64,000 bases of DNA from Phoronis australis (GCA_002633005.1 NMRA01000368.1:172166-236165); one strand, 5' to 3'. Shown: positions 1 through 15,000, numbered from the stretch's first letter. Numbers and translations are program-made. Notes: generated by a model not told the origin, from the letters alone.

Positions 1-22
1 TGATGGTCTTCTTGTTCTCCAG

Positions 23-85
23 GGCCTCACTGGTCGTCAGGGGGAGAGAGGGGAGAAGGGAGACCGCGGATTCAAAGGAGAAATT
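23..85 (+). CDS. Multiplexin collagenous exon ([21 protein letters not shown])
   Basis: ctccag| acceptor, |gtgagt donor, 63 bp, phase 0-0, Gly-X-Y. Confidence 0.9.
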
Positions 86-3000
86 GTGAGTTGCCTACTG
101 GAACAGCTGGTTTTAACTACAAATATTTCTTCAATCATGAATGTTCAAATCTAATGTTTTGCATGGATGTCTTTACTTACATTCTGCTTTCATTTTAAGT
201 CATAATCATTGATCAGTTTCTGATAGGAATCATAGACCTTGGTAGATAGTACTCTTATTTTGCAAATTAGAAAATGAATTGAAATATGTTGCAGAATTCC
301 ATGAACAGAATCAGATTCCCTTAATTCCGTCTAGTTTCTGTTACCGTGGAAAATCAGAGTCTCCGCCATTGGTAAATAACTCTGTATGACTGAAGTTATT
401 TTAGGAAATAACTCTAAAATATCAAATGCCACAGTTTCATGTTGCATATTAAGCAGTTTTAAATGGCATAGTTTGTAACATGTTTTCAGCTCGTTTTCAG
501 AACTTTGGGGTATCCTGGCTAAATTAGCAAAAAAGCAAGGTTTTTGTCTTGAAATATTAGTTTTCCTTGTGACAGTGCAAAGCAATCAAGTCATTTGTCT
601 TCAAAGTTGTTAACTGATTTGATGGAACTCAGGGAGTGTTCACAATAACCCCACAGTGTACAAAACATACTGTTTTTACAAGGGAGGTGAAAGCATCTTT
701 CCGTTATATGCTTTTGACGTCTGTCCATGCTCTTAAAGGAGACTGGCAGAGTTGAAAACTTCCTTCACGAAGAACCGTAACGGGGTTCTCGGGCTTAAGC
801 TCAGGTGTTTTGTGCAATGGGCCAACCATGAATGAGGCCTGCGCACGTTTGATGCACCGCAAATGACATCAGGCCACCTGCACTCTGCTGTTTTCTTTCT
901 TTGTTTTTTTGACTTAATAAAAATGGCGACGGGAAAGGTAAATTGGAACGCTTCCATTTTTGCTTTTTCACATTATTAAGGTATGGCAAAGAACCAAGAG
1001 ATTGAATATTGCCATGATTCATTGATGGGAACTTACGTACATGTAGTGTCTGACATTCACATAATTACATACTGGGCTTATGTAAATCTTGATCTGTGAT
1101 AAGTATCAACATTTGGCAATATCAATAATAGTGTGGATGTCATATGCTCGTGAAGTGTTGAGAATTACGGTATGAACATTTCCAAACTTTGGTATTTTTA
1201 TGCGCCCAGATATTTATTTGTGGGTGCCTATTGGCATCGTCTTTGTCTGTCTGTGCGTCCAGCGTCCTCAGGTGTATCTTCAAAGGTCCTCAGCGGATTT
1301 TCATTAAATTTGGCAGTTAGGTATATATTAATGAGATGATGCTATCCTTCCGTTTTTGGACGGATTTGAGGTACTTTGCGCCACCTAGAGGCCATTATTA
1401 CTGTTTCGAAGTCTGATTTTTGACGTCCGCCCTTCTATCAACTAAACTGCTGTAGGGATGATTTTGAAAATTGACATAAAATATGTTCTTACTGTTAAGA
1501 GGGCGGCTGGCTATGATTTTCCGACAACTTCAACTACTGTGGCGCCTCTTAGTGGCAGTTTTTTTGTTTTTGCACCCATGGCTGTATCTCCTAAACGCTA
1601 TACAGGAATTTTGCTGGTGTATTTATTTGAAGTTGACTACACAGGACGACTACTTTCGGACGTGTGCCCCCTAGTGGCAATGTCATTTTTTACATTTAGA
1701 TCTGTATGTTTAAAGGTTGTCTGTGGATTTTCATGAAATTTAGCAAATAAACATCTATTTGTGAGTTGGCGTTATCCTTTGGTTTTGGTTTAATTCGGGG
1801 CATTTTGCGTCACCTATTGGCCATTTTTATTGGGTTTTTTTTCTCTTTTTTTTGGCATCTGCCCCTCTGTCAACCAAACCACTCTAAGGATGATTGTGGA
1901 AAATGGCATGCAAGTTCCTAATGTGAAGATCAGGGCTGATGATGATTTAGCCACAAACTTGACAGCTGTGGTGCCTCCTTATGGCAGTATTTTTACGCCC
2001 ATGGCTGTATTTCCTAAACCCTCTGCAGGATCTTTATTAAATTTTGCAAGTGTATTTATATGAGCTTGACAAGGACTTTTAGATGGATCGGACTACTGGT
2101 GTCCCCCTCAGTCTGTAACAGTACTTCAAAGGTCCTCAATGGATTTTTATAAAATTTGGCAGATAGGCATCTATTAGTGAGTTGACGCTATCCTCCGTTT
2201 TTGGTTTGGTTCATGGTATTTTGCGCCACCTATTGGCCATTTTTACGGTTTTCGGTTCTTGTTATTTGACGTCTGCACCTCTGTCAACCAAACCACTCTA
2301 AGGATGATTGTGGAATGTATGTGCCTAATATGAAGAGGAAGTCTGACCATGATCGTCCGATGACTTCATCTAATGTGGCGCCACTTAGTGCCAGTTATGT
2401 TTCTTTTGCCCTTATAGCCTCCTAGTGGCAATTTCATTTTTTTTCATTTTCCTCGGTTTCTCAGAAGTTCCGTGACGAATTTTTATGACATTTAGTAAAT
2501 AGCTTTGATGACACATACCAATTTTGAGATGGACTCGATGCACTATGTGCCATCTAGTGGTCATTTTTATGTTCCAAATAAACACCCCTAGAAGCACAGC
2601 ATTTGCATTGCATTTGTGGGCACATTTCAACACTCCATGTTTTTGAAGTATCAATAAAAATACTGTTGATGTACCGTATGAAGAGAATCAATTGGAAACC
2701 GCAGTGATAACTGTGTACAAGTGCGTAGCCTTGTTTACTCTTGACAATGTTTATTTCACAAAATTTGAACAGTACACTACTATTTTGTTGCTCCAGCCGC
2801 ATCATAGTTATGAGTTGTGTGGAGCTGGTAAAAATTCACTTACTACGAACTTGTTGTAGTTGATTACTCAGATGTTTCCACCCTCATCTAAATATTAAGA
2901 GTCTTTTTAAGGAACACTCCAAGTTGGGCAAACTCACTGTCATTGATGAACCCACCCTCAACACATGCCATACAGTGGACAGGGATAATACTCAAGTCAT

Positions 3001-6000
3001 ATAGCCAGAGAGGAACACTGGTTCTCTTGAAAAGTTATTTATTTATAATAAAGAAACCGTCTTTATCAGGAACAGGCAGCCCACCATGAACTGAGACCAA
3101 GGTCTACAGCTCCCCCGGGTGTTTGACCCCATTCTAGCTCTGGGTCAACAAAGTGCGTGTAATCCACTCATTGAATAAGACCCTTGAATCAGGACGGAAA
3201 TGTTTAAGTCGACGTCTACAAGTTTGTAGGAAGTGAATTTTTTACCTGATCGACATTGTTACGAACCATGAACCTGTTTATCGCATCAGTCGTGTTGTCA
3301 TATTTTTTGTCATATCCTGTAGGGAGAGCCAGGTGAACCAGGCCGTCATGGTGACCAGGGATCAAAGGGTGAAGCTGGCAGAGATGGTGCTGATGGAGCA
3401 AGAGGATTACCTGGTCCTCCAGGCCCACCTGGTGTGGGTGGACGGGATCGTTCTGAGGGATTAGTATGTAATATCAGCAACTTGTAGTGGAAAATACTTA
3501 GCGAAATTTTTCCATGTCACTTGCTTTGTCAGCAATACTGCTGCTACCATTAATATTTAGTTATTGTAGTTTTGCAACACTATATTGACTTGAATTTAAA
3601 GATGATTGCGAAACAATATTTTCCTAAACATACTGAGATGTCTGATTGCTGTTATCTTGGTGGTTCTATATTGTCGTTCACACTATGAGTTACCCTAGAA
3701 CAAGCTACTCCTAGCTTTAGTAGTAGTGTGGATGCTACTTGCACCTGGGCAACTTGATACATGTGTGACAACTTGGCCATAGCTTATCTTACCTTATCGA
3801 GGTAGGGTAACCTGTTGGAGGGCAACTTGCCTCAGTGCAAGTCATGGATGCAAGCTTGCAGGCAAGGTGGAAGTATTTACCAATTTTGTGCTTGTACAGT
3901 TACATAGAAGTGTGGATGCCACTGGCGCTGGGCCAACTTGACACATGTATGACAACTTAGCCCACTCTGTGGACATAGGGTAACGTGTTGTAACTTGCCT
4001 AAATGCAAGTCATAGATGCAAGGCTGTAGTCAAGGTGAATTAAAGTAATGAACACCTGTACGCTTGTTCAGTTACGTGCATGGTTGTCAAATTCTGTTTG
4101 TGTCATAATTGCCGCAAGGTGTATGGTGTGTAGATTAGACTCTCGGATAAAGGGGGGGGGTATTTTTTTTAAGGTGACATATATTTATTGAAGAATACAC
4201 AGAGCATACAAAGAAATAATGACATTGAAACCCATAAATCACGAAACTTTATGTCTGGGTTGTAGACAATTCATAGATGACAGTAATATACACAGTCTGA
4301 GGTATTACATTTAAGTAGTATTTAATAAAAGTATTCATAATTTAGATGTGCTATTACGAACATATAAGGGGGGCAAGTTGCTCTGGGGCACGTTGTTGTA
4401 CAGCACTCATAGTGTAGATATGAGCACGAGGCTTCACTCATTCTCATTTGTTTTTGTTGTGGGATATCATGTAATGGGAATGGTTATCTAGCTCTCAAAG
4501 GCAAAGTTAATTTTTGATGAAGATGACTCGCATGGTGTGTGGCCTCTTACTTCAGGGCTCTGGAGACTCCAGTGTTTTAATAGGCAAGCCTGGACCACGA
4601 GGTCTGCCTGGAGCGACTGGTAAACAGGGACCTGCAGGGGAGAAAGGTGACAAGGGTGAGATGGGCGAACCTGGGTCAAAAGGAGAGAGGGTAAGGAGAT
4701 GGCATGGTTGAGATACTGTTAGAGATTAGTAATTTTAGAGCAAATTTGAGAGGTTGAGTTAACAATTAATCATTACAGTTTCTTTGGATCAGTTCAGAGT
4801 GAAAATGTTGTTTAATTACTGTTAAAATCCAAACACATTGCACGTTTTTATCAACTAGTTTATCTGGTCGTATATGTCATGAGATATGATTTGTAAGCGG
4901 ATGCATATTCCATTAATTACACATTAATTTTTTCAGTGTTTTATTCCAAGGCGATGTATTGCCTGAAAATTGCTCAGGTGTCTTCTTTGTTGGACCCATT
5001 TCTCAGAACTCTCCCACTTTATACAGCTGGGCTCTTGCCATTTGCTATGCGGTTGCTGACATGAATCCAACTTCACTTCGATCCTTACAAGATATTTAGC
5101 TTGCCATCCACTGGAACTACCACCCAGAGAACCAGCACTTCGTATTCACAAGTCCCATGTGACCAATTGTCCATTGCTTCCAGTCATGTTATTGTTTTAC
5201 TGATTTCAGGGCTTCCAAGGTGCTGAAGGCCCACAAGGGTTCAAAGGTAGCACAGGAATACCGGGAGAGAATGGAATACCGGGTCTCCGCGGACCAATCG
5301 GTCCAACAGGACTGACGGGTGAAAAGGTAAGGGGTAAAATCATTGTTTAGCAGACGCTTGTCTTTCACTTAAATCTTGGATAATCTTGGATAATCTTGGA
5401 TGTCATGCCAACCAAGAATGCATGTAAATTGTCAAAGGGTGGCCTTTAATTGTCACTGAGCCTTGAATGAAACTCGTCTGTTTACAAAGATATCCATTGG
5501 CGTTTGGGGTAGTTGTGCTGTGTGGTATTAGGAACTATGATTTTGACAGGCTTAACTGCTTGATGCTGCAACCTCTGGTTTTGGGGGAGTAACGCTCATT
5601 TGTGTTACAGGGTGATGCAGGTGTCGGGGAACCAGGCCCCAAGGGTGCGAGGGGTCTACCTGGTGAACCAGGCATTCCTGGGTTAGATGGACGCAGTATT
5701 AAGGTGAGTATACTGGACAGAAGGTTGGTGAATCATTGCCAGGTATCCATTTTGCCAGTTATTTGCATTAGAGTACCTAAAGTAAAGTTTTTGAGCGAAA
5801 TAGTAATCACAGAATTTCTTTTCCCCTAGCATCTGAGGTTCACCCTCTGAAAGTTGAGCCCTAATTCTTTACTCATTTCACACTCAAATATTTGCCAAAG
5901 AGTTACTTTTTCACATTTTTCATTCATTGCCAGATAATTGCTTTTTGTAAGTAATGGGAACTTTGAACTTTGAACTTTTGCATCACTGTTTTAATACGAC

Positions 6001-9000
6001 ATACAAACCATATGTTTGTAATAGACAAAAATTTTCTTAATCTTTACACTTGCGGAGATATAATTAACTACAGTGTGAGATTTTATTGTGTCAAAAAAAA
6101 TTTTTCGCAGAAGAAAGATAAATAACATAAACAGCATGACGTTGTAGTGTGTAGGTGCTGTAAAACAACATTATTATTTTTGCAAAATTTCCATCAGCCT
6201 TAAGTTTGAAAAATGAAAAATTGCTAATTTTTGCAATTATTTTTGTGCGAAACAATTGGACAATTACAGTAATATTGCATTACTCTAATGACGTGGGTTC
6301 AAGTAAGTAACAAAATGACTTCTAACCTTGTGCTTGGTGTAATTTTAACCTCAAGGACTTAAGCTATGTTAGTATAAACGATTCTAGAAAAATCATCACT
6401 CGCATCTCAGCATTGGTATCTGTGAAACACGCGTCTTCGACAGATAGGTTTTGTCTGGGTTTTCTCTTACAATTCCAATCAAGTCATGTCAATTAGGCTG
6501 GTGACAGATGCAACTCAATTTTTATAAACCATGCGTTTTTTAGTATTGTGCTGTAGATTTAACCTAGCACAATTATTGGGTCAATTTTGACACTTCGAAA
6601 TGAAAGCTGAATGTATTTTTACAAGATGAATACAACCAACAGAAACAAAATTTAGGTAGAAAGAATATTTCTATACAGTCCGATGAGGTTTCTTTGTTAA
6701 ACATGAGCCAATCAGACTCAGAGAAGACTTACATGCTCTGCATGATGTACACAATCTGCTATTGATACCTTTATGGAGACTAAGGTCAAAATACAGCTAC
6801 AAACTGGTGTGTGATAAGTTCTCGTAGACTTTGAAATTTCACTCTCCCGGGTGATTCTGCTTGTTTTAAAATTGGTCAACTCGTGGAGCTGAAGATAAGG
6901 TGGTAGTACAAATTAGTAAAGACTAGGGCTCTACTGACACCAACCTCATGATGAGAACTGTAGGGTGACACTTGGCTTTCCTCACTGTACATTTTCTTGT
7001 TCGTGACCATTGGTAATTGGCACATTATGTTGAGTGCTCATTTGAATTAATGAAGCGCAATACAGGCTGTGCACCGCTTTCTGCTTCTAGCTTACAAAAG
7101 TCTGATTTTCAAGCCTCAAAAACCAAACCGTGTGTACTTTTCGCAAACTATTAAAAAATATAATATTTAAAATCTTTCGAAATGAAATTTTTTTATAAAT
7201 TGTTGTCACGCCCAGTGTTTACAACCATGTTTATGATGGGCAATTTCACGCCTAATTTCCCAGTTTAATCTCCAGAGGACTATAGCATCCCCTGAAGCTG
7301 GGCTGTTTCTTTGACAATAGGGTTATACATTAGGGTCCAGTTGCCTGACCTTGTCCTGTGAGAGTGTCGGCTTAGGATTCATTTCATGTTTGATTGTTAC
7401 AAAATAACTGAAAAAAATGAATTTCTTACACAATTCTCCAGCTTTTGTAACAAAGAAAAGTCTGCCGTGGACTTGAAAACATGATGCAAACGTGCCATTT
7501 GTTAATTTTTTGATGGTTTTTGGGAGTTAGTGGCAGTTTCGCCAAAACAAAATTTGCTTGGAAATTCCGTTTGTTGGTATTGAAGTACTAAAAACTGATA
7601 ACAAAGAGAAAATGATCCCAGTACAACCTAGCTTGGGGGAGAACAGATGAGCAAGAATTGCCAAACATGTCATGGACAAATCCACTACAACTAGAAACTA
7701 TAGGAATACCATAATTATCCACCTTCACTCTTATCAGGCTATCTACTGTGAGTCAGCACGCAAGAACTACTTTTGGCTGAATGGTTAACCACGCCATAAA
7801 ATGGTAATAAGCCAAGACCAGTTGAATAATGCTGCATAAAATAGGTAATACCTCCAGGGCAATTTTGAAAAAAGGGCATCTTCTGATAGTCTTTCGCCTA
7901 TAGCGTTTTAAAATACCGACCTGTGATTTTCTGGATTATGCAAACAATAAAATTCAAATTGCAATGTTTTCATTTCCGCCATCCTCGTAGGTTATGGAAA
8001 CATGGAAAAAATTGGCAACAATCTGTACATGCAACAAACAATTTATTGCAGCATTACCTAGTCTTGGTGCAAAGTTGTATACTCTTTTTCACCCTGATAA
8101 GCGCCCCGTCGCTTAGAAAAAAATCGTTTTAGGGTGAGGGGGCGCTTGTTCTAGCCTATGGTGGTTGAAGCCTAGTCTCCAAAACAAGTAAGATTGGAAG
8201 CTAGGATTCATTAAAATTATGCTCTATGACGAATCTGTAACGTATGACAGTCCTTCTACAAAATTTTTTTTAAAAAAATGTGCTGAAATCCCAGGGAGAA
8301 AACTTGCCGACTGATGCATTGCTGCCTCGCGATTGTTGATAGGGCAAATTGAGTTCTTGAATAAAAATACAGTTTCGACTCGACAAATTACCTGAAATTC
8401 TCCTTAAGTTTTCCAATTAGCGTCCTTAAGATTTATAAGTTCTTGTGGAGTCCGGATAAAGATTAAGTCCAAATCTGCGCTAGATCGTACCCCGCAACAC
8501 GAGAAAATCTCTGGATGAACACACACACATTGTTGTCACGTGACGTTTGTTTTGAAGCTCGTCTGGTCTGCATGTGTGTGAGCGAGTGAGCGAGCACATG
8601 CGTGTCCTCTGAGTTAACGCAATGTAACGATCTAGGTGTGTATTGTAACTTAAGAAGTTAACTCGAGCAGTAAACAGAACGTGTTTTATTAGCACTTGCT
8701 GGTCTCATCTACTAATAAGAACACGTTCAAGAATTATCTCGGTAAGGGTGACTGGATACGTGACAGCCTAACATATATTTTTCGGGGTGTGAGGGTGCCG
8801 AAGTGTTTACTATCAGATGGTCATTTTGACTTTAAAAACACCAATCAAGGTTAACCAAGATTCCTCTTAGAAATTACGTAAAAGTTTTTTTGCGGTGTTA
8901 GAAAATTTCGGAAAACAGTGCCAAATGAATATTTATTTCAGCCGATGCTGAATAGATTGTTCCCGACTAATGTCTTCGATGACGGGTATTTGTATGTATA

Positions 9001-12000
9001 GCGCGCGTTTCCTGGCCACGAGCTTTTAACACTGGTCACCTTTTTCACAAGATGAGGAGTAGAACTACCGGGGCGGTGTGAAATTTTGGGGTCTAGCAGA
9101 GACACACAGTGGTACCTAGCTATAGCTGCATGAAGACTATTGTGTTTCTGTCAATAATAACGACATTATTCCAAAGTTTATTGATGTTCACTATACTTCA
9201 GGAAAATATCGACGATCTACCGTGGATCCTGTGTTTTGTATTCGTACGCACACTCGCATTGGATCACATCTCGGAAATCTCAGATTTGATGGGATGACAA
9301 TGAACGAGAACAATGAAATTAAACAACGTCATATTAGAGCTTGTAATAGCTATAATAAACGTATTACAGCGCATATGTCTTCAAAATCGAAATAACACAC
9401 CGAGTCACAGGCGTCCTCAGCTTCTGATCGTCCCCAATACACTACATCTGCCCATTTGGTTTTAAAATTCACGATACCCATCTCATGATTAATACTGCAT
9501 AAAGTTTGAGCAACAGTCGACTTAACTTTTATTATCTGACTGAGGTAAGCTAGTCACTAGCTGTGGTGATTAAATGTAATTCATATATCAATCTCAACAG
9601 TCTGTGTTACATCCCACTATTGACTGGTCTTCCTATTTGTTTTCCATAGGGGGAAATTGGACTTCGTGGGGAGCCTGGACCAAAAGGTAACCCAGGACTG
9701 TCTGGCGTTGATGGCAGAAAGGTGAGTGAACTATGTGCAGTGGGCAGCATTTTCTGTCTTGGTACACTAACCTTTGCTTTCCATGTTAAAAAGACGTTGT
9801 CTGTGACTAGGACTTCTAGATCATCAGTTAAAGCACATGATTTTGATGTCAAAATCACTCTTTCAAGTCATTGTTACAATCCTATTGTCTATAGGACGGA
9901 AAGAAATTGTGAACAAAAAACAAATAACAGAGAAGTTATGCTGATCACTATCTTTAGTCTGGTTGTTTTTTGGAAATAAGCATACAAAACTGTTGACACT
10001 GAGCGTTGGCGTTTATACAGTGTTTTACTGTAACGTGTTACATTTCCCCAGAATACACATGGCATTGATGGCATTTCCCAGCAGGCAACTATGAGTGGCT
10101 CTAACTGGTTGGGATTACAGTAGGTACTGCCCACAACCCTGGACTTTCATGATCATGAGATTCTTTTGTTTGCACATTAGGGAACAGGGTTGTCAGTGAT
10201 TAGAGCTCTCTGTTCAGTTTGGCAGGTGGCAACATTCTTTCCCTGCCCAGTTTTGACACTTTTCACATTGGAAGTGAAACTTTTTCACTGGTTGAAAGGT
10301 CAAAATTTGGTTAACTACAATCATAAGAGTAAAGACATATAATATGCATTGCAACGACTGTATTGTTTAGATGTTGAAAACGTTAATGTGTATCCTGGTT
10401 GAGCAACACAATGTAGTGATTGTGTGCACTTCTCTTTATCTGAGTGATCTTTATAACCCCAGAGAATGCAGAGAAACATGAATGGGGCCATGTTGTTGGC
10501 CCAATTTAAGAGTGTTGTTAGGTTTTGATTACATTCTTCTATTGTCTGTGAAAGGGAGAAAGTGGCCCTGAAGGACCAAAAGGTGAGCCTGGAGATCGGG
10601 GAATCCCTGGACTTCCTGGAAAAGATGCGTCTGCTTCTGTACTGAAGGTGAGACCACTCGGTTTGTTGTCTGGATTTCATGACGTTTTGTGGAGTCATTT
10701 ATAAATTACAATTTGGTTCTTATAGTAACGGTGGTCCTAATGGTTGTATAAGTTTTGTCACAGTGTATGGCAGTGGAACCTCGGTACGTCACACTCCGTT
10801 AAAGGCCAAGTATGGTGCTAAAATGACTATTTTTACATCTAAAATACATTTGTTGATAAAAAATATCAAAATACTGTGTCATAGCATACCCCAGTCATTA
10901 ATTAAGTAGGCCTTCGACAATACAGTAGCCCCATCACGAACCCCATTTAGTGCCAAAAAAAAACTTGAGACAGTGCTGGCACTAATCGAAGTCTATGACA
11001 TCATCGTTACATCGAATTTGGCTTTCATTGTGTCTCCAGAGTATTAGAATCAGAGATGACTCGTTTTTTAATTTAGTGCAAAATACGTGGAAAATCAAGG
11101 AAACACATTAATTTTTCATTTCATGTCAGTTGATATTAAAATTAATCAATATCACTACCTTTAGAATTTTCATTCAATTATTTAGCACACATTCTAATAC
11201 GGGCCCGTATGGGAATCCCTGGGAGTGTGATTGGTGCCGTTGAAATAGCCGGAAAAACAAAACGCTTTGTCTGAATTGTTATCAGCAATTTTCAAATGTT
11301 TATTATTAGTGTAATTTGTTTGATACAAAAACTTTGATGTTAGTAACTTTCCATTCATGTCTTTTTGAAGCCGAAGGTGTGAACGCTGCGCGATTCCAAT
11401 ACGGACGGCTGTCCAGTGTGTGTCCCGTATGGGTATAGATGACAACAGGCCATTTAATTTGGTGCAAAATACTTAGAAACATTAGGTTTACAGCACATAT
11501 CAGCATGATCTTTTTGTACAATGCAACTATATTCAAATTCATTGAAAATTTTATATTAGAAACTCAATTTTCAAAATAAGTCGCCTTGAAATGCTGCAAC
11601 CCGTAATCGGTCAAGCTAAAAAAAAATTGAAAATTCAATAGCAACACAACATTGTGCGTGACTGTACTAAAACTACGAAATAAAGTCTGTATTGCATAAA
11701 AACATACCCAGTCATAAGAATTTGTAATCAATTGAACGTTTTAAATTCAGTATCAGAATTCCATTAGGCCTACGGGAACGACCCAAATCAGACAGAATAT
11801 TCCGGATTTGGGCCGGATTCCCCATACTCTGGGCCGGAACAGTGACACGAAACGTCGAAGTGCATGCACACTGCAGATTTTTTAAAGCCAACCAGCTAGC
11901 TGTTTGAAGGCTATCGCCAAAATACAGCTAGGTAACACTGACTTGAGCTCTGTTAAATCATAGACTGTAGTCTATCACTAAATTTCATAGGCCTACCTGC

Positions 12001-15000
12001 AGACTGGGTATGAGTTGTGTTAGTCAACTCGTCGTGAAACTTATATCGCAGAGCCAACGGCCGACGACTGGGGTGCATGCAAAATCTGGGAGACAATTGG
12101 GACACTCACCTTGCCCATTCAGTGCCAGTCGTTTAAGGGAAGAACAATTAATCTAATAACGTCATTTTCTAGTATTCATCTCGGCCTTATGAGTTTTCTA
12201 ACAAAGAAAGTCTGTTGTCTTTTTGAAACAGTACACTCGTGAAACACTGACGCGCCGTACTAAAATTTTGCGACTACTTTTGGGACATGATAATAGCTTC
12301 GCAGCAGTAAAGTTTGTTCTAAATTTGGTTTGTTGGTCTTAAAAATGCTAATAACTTGTAACGAAATGAGACCAGTTCTGACAATTTATTGTGACAGTAC
12401 GCAACCTCGTGGCAGCAAAGAACAGTTGATAGAAGAATAAACCGGGGGGAGAAGAAACTGTTCAGGTCAGGTGACGTAATCGCCAAATGCCGACTCCCAA
12501 AAGCGCACTTCAATTTTAGCAGTAGATGAGCAGTAGGCCTAGAACGATAATTCTTCCAACACCGGTAAATAATTTGGTTTACTCAAAGAACGTTGCAGCT
12601 TTTATTGGCACTATTTCTGCGTCCGATTTTATTTAGTCCTTTTTACCCACATCAACGCGAAGCTGTAGATTTTGTATACAGCTTTGCACCAAGCCTAAAT
12701 CAGATCTTGCCGATCGGGAAAGTTTGTCGCCAGGCCTTGTCGTGGATACGGATCTATTCCACGCAAGGCACTCGACGTGATCGACGAGGAAGTTGTGCAA
12801 ATGTATCCCATTGCCGCTGACACTGCTATAACCGCACACCACGCAAAGAGGCATTTTAGCCCAGAGATCGACAAGTGCAGAACGTCCAAGAAATGGCACT
12901 CAGCTGTTACGCAGTGTGGCTCCCCAGTAAATTCGTGGCCACGGTGATGTCATATGAACCACTTAACGCTGATTGGTTGAGATTTTTTCTGGGGCACTCG
13001 AAGGGGCTACGAATTATGAGCGGTGTAATTTGTGTCACAATTAATTACTTTCCGTGGTATGTAAGAAGCAAAAACAATGTTTTTTATGAACAATACATGC
13101 ATTTCTGGTGTCCAAAAGGTGTTTTAGCGGCTGGACGCTGTCTTTAAGGATGTTTAAAGTGATTATGTAACATACATGTATAACTTCCAATTCCTTACCT
13201 AATGTACAGCTGTAATTTTTAAATTTAACTGTATAACGCCCAAATTTGACAAAGTTTTGACGGCTCAAAACCACTGCTAAATAATCATTTCTGTTCGACT
13301 GGGACCCGTTATCAATTTTTGCTCAGTCTTGATAAAATCTTGCTCCACACAGTCACTTTGGCGAAATCATAACATCATCCTGCACAAGTTTGTTCGTAAA
13401 TAAACAATGGGCAACTTGGTGCACTAATTTTGCATTGAATTCTCACTAAAGTTTGAAAGAGCTATACTAGACTTTCATGGAAACAAAAGTTCAAATGAAC
13501 TGCTATGATATAATTCTGGCAATAAATTTGTCCATATTTAGCAGAGTCTGACAGAGTTCTGATGAAGTCTGTATAGTTCATTTTGAAATATACCATTAGG
13601 GCTACTTTGATTACAATAAACCACCATTATGACATACTGATTTACTACGCTGTGATGAGGTTTGACTGCATTGTAATGTGAGATATTTATCAGACAATTG
13701 CCGATTACTCCACTGATCAGAAAAATTTAAATGATGTTTAATAACTGCAACATTTTGTTGTTTGTAGGGTGACAAGGGTGATCGTGGAAATCACGGTGCC
13801 CCAGGAGGTTGCAAGATGTGTGTTGGGTTCAAAGGTCAACGTGGTCGCCGCGGCAAAGCAGGGAAGAAAGGCCCTAAAGGTCCACGCGGACCCAAGGGAG
13901 AATTTGGAATGCCTGGTTATCCTGTAAGTAGTGATGAAGTGTCATTTCTGTTTGACATGTGGTGTGTGGTTAATTGGAATCATGCGACTGCAAAGGTCTG
14001 TTTTCTGAAGGTAGAGGTGTACATTGAAGAGGTCATTTATTGTGATGTAATAATGGTCAATTATGTCATTTTTCAGGGCAAAACAGGTAGACCTGGGCCA
14101 CCTGGTCCATCTGGAAAGCCTGGGCGTGGCTTCCCCGGACCGAAGGGTGTTGCTGGCCCACCAGGACCACCTGGACCTCCGGGTATTACACCACAGTGTT
14201 GCACCAAGGATAATACAGTTAATTCGGTAAGGAACTTGTTGTCAGCACTTATTGAGGTTGTTTTGTTTGCCTTAAAACAGGACGAAGTTATTTGTTTTGG
14301 AAAAAAGATGCTGTAAATTGTATCAAGAAATCCAGGCATAGGTACATGTATCATAAGGTGGTGAAGGTTTACTGAAATACTTGGAGTTGTGTTTGTTGCT
14401 AGGTCACTGACAGGGCTACACTATCCTGCTGTTTGACGTCAATTTGATGCTTTGGACCCGACTAAATGAAATTAAAGTGCCAAAATTAAAAACAAATAAT
14501 AATTACTAGGCTAGATTTACGTAGCACTGTAAATTACTAAGCAATTCGAAAAATATTACCTGGCCTTGGACCCGGTCAATTGTAATCCTTCTCAACTCTC
14601 AGAGAGCATACAATGGGTGTAACCATTGTCGAAGCCCGCCATTTAATCCAAACACATAATTTTGTAAATCTTTCAATTGCTAAATTTCCCCTGTGGTTAC
14701 CTCAATAAGAAAAAATCACTAGACTTTGAAATTGTGACGTTTCTGTACATTTCTAATCTTATTTGTGGTTCCAAATCACATTGGATTAGCGGCAGTTACG
14801 CCATCACTAAGCATACAAATAGGACTGGATGGTCCCAAGAGCCTCATTGGAGTACATGGTGGCGACGGGGAAGGGTGTGATTTGTAGGACAATGTTTATA
14901 GCCCTATAGCACTAGTGTGGAGCAAAAACCACACCTTACTTTTAGGATTTGTGTTTTGTCAACAAAAACATTTGGTTAGACTTCTGGCATTTTTCAATTA

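Noticed and set aside
12590-12960. GC-rich coding-like island, possibly a transposase relic within ~10.9-13.6 kb
   Set aside because: No motif I can assign, and element ends could not be defined
14790-14874. Gly-rich stretch [18 protein letters not shown] as an additional collagen exon
   Set aside because: The available AG/GT sites give phase 1-2, incompatible with the flanking phase-0 exons
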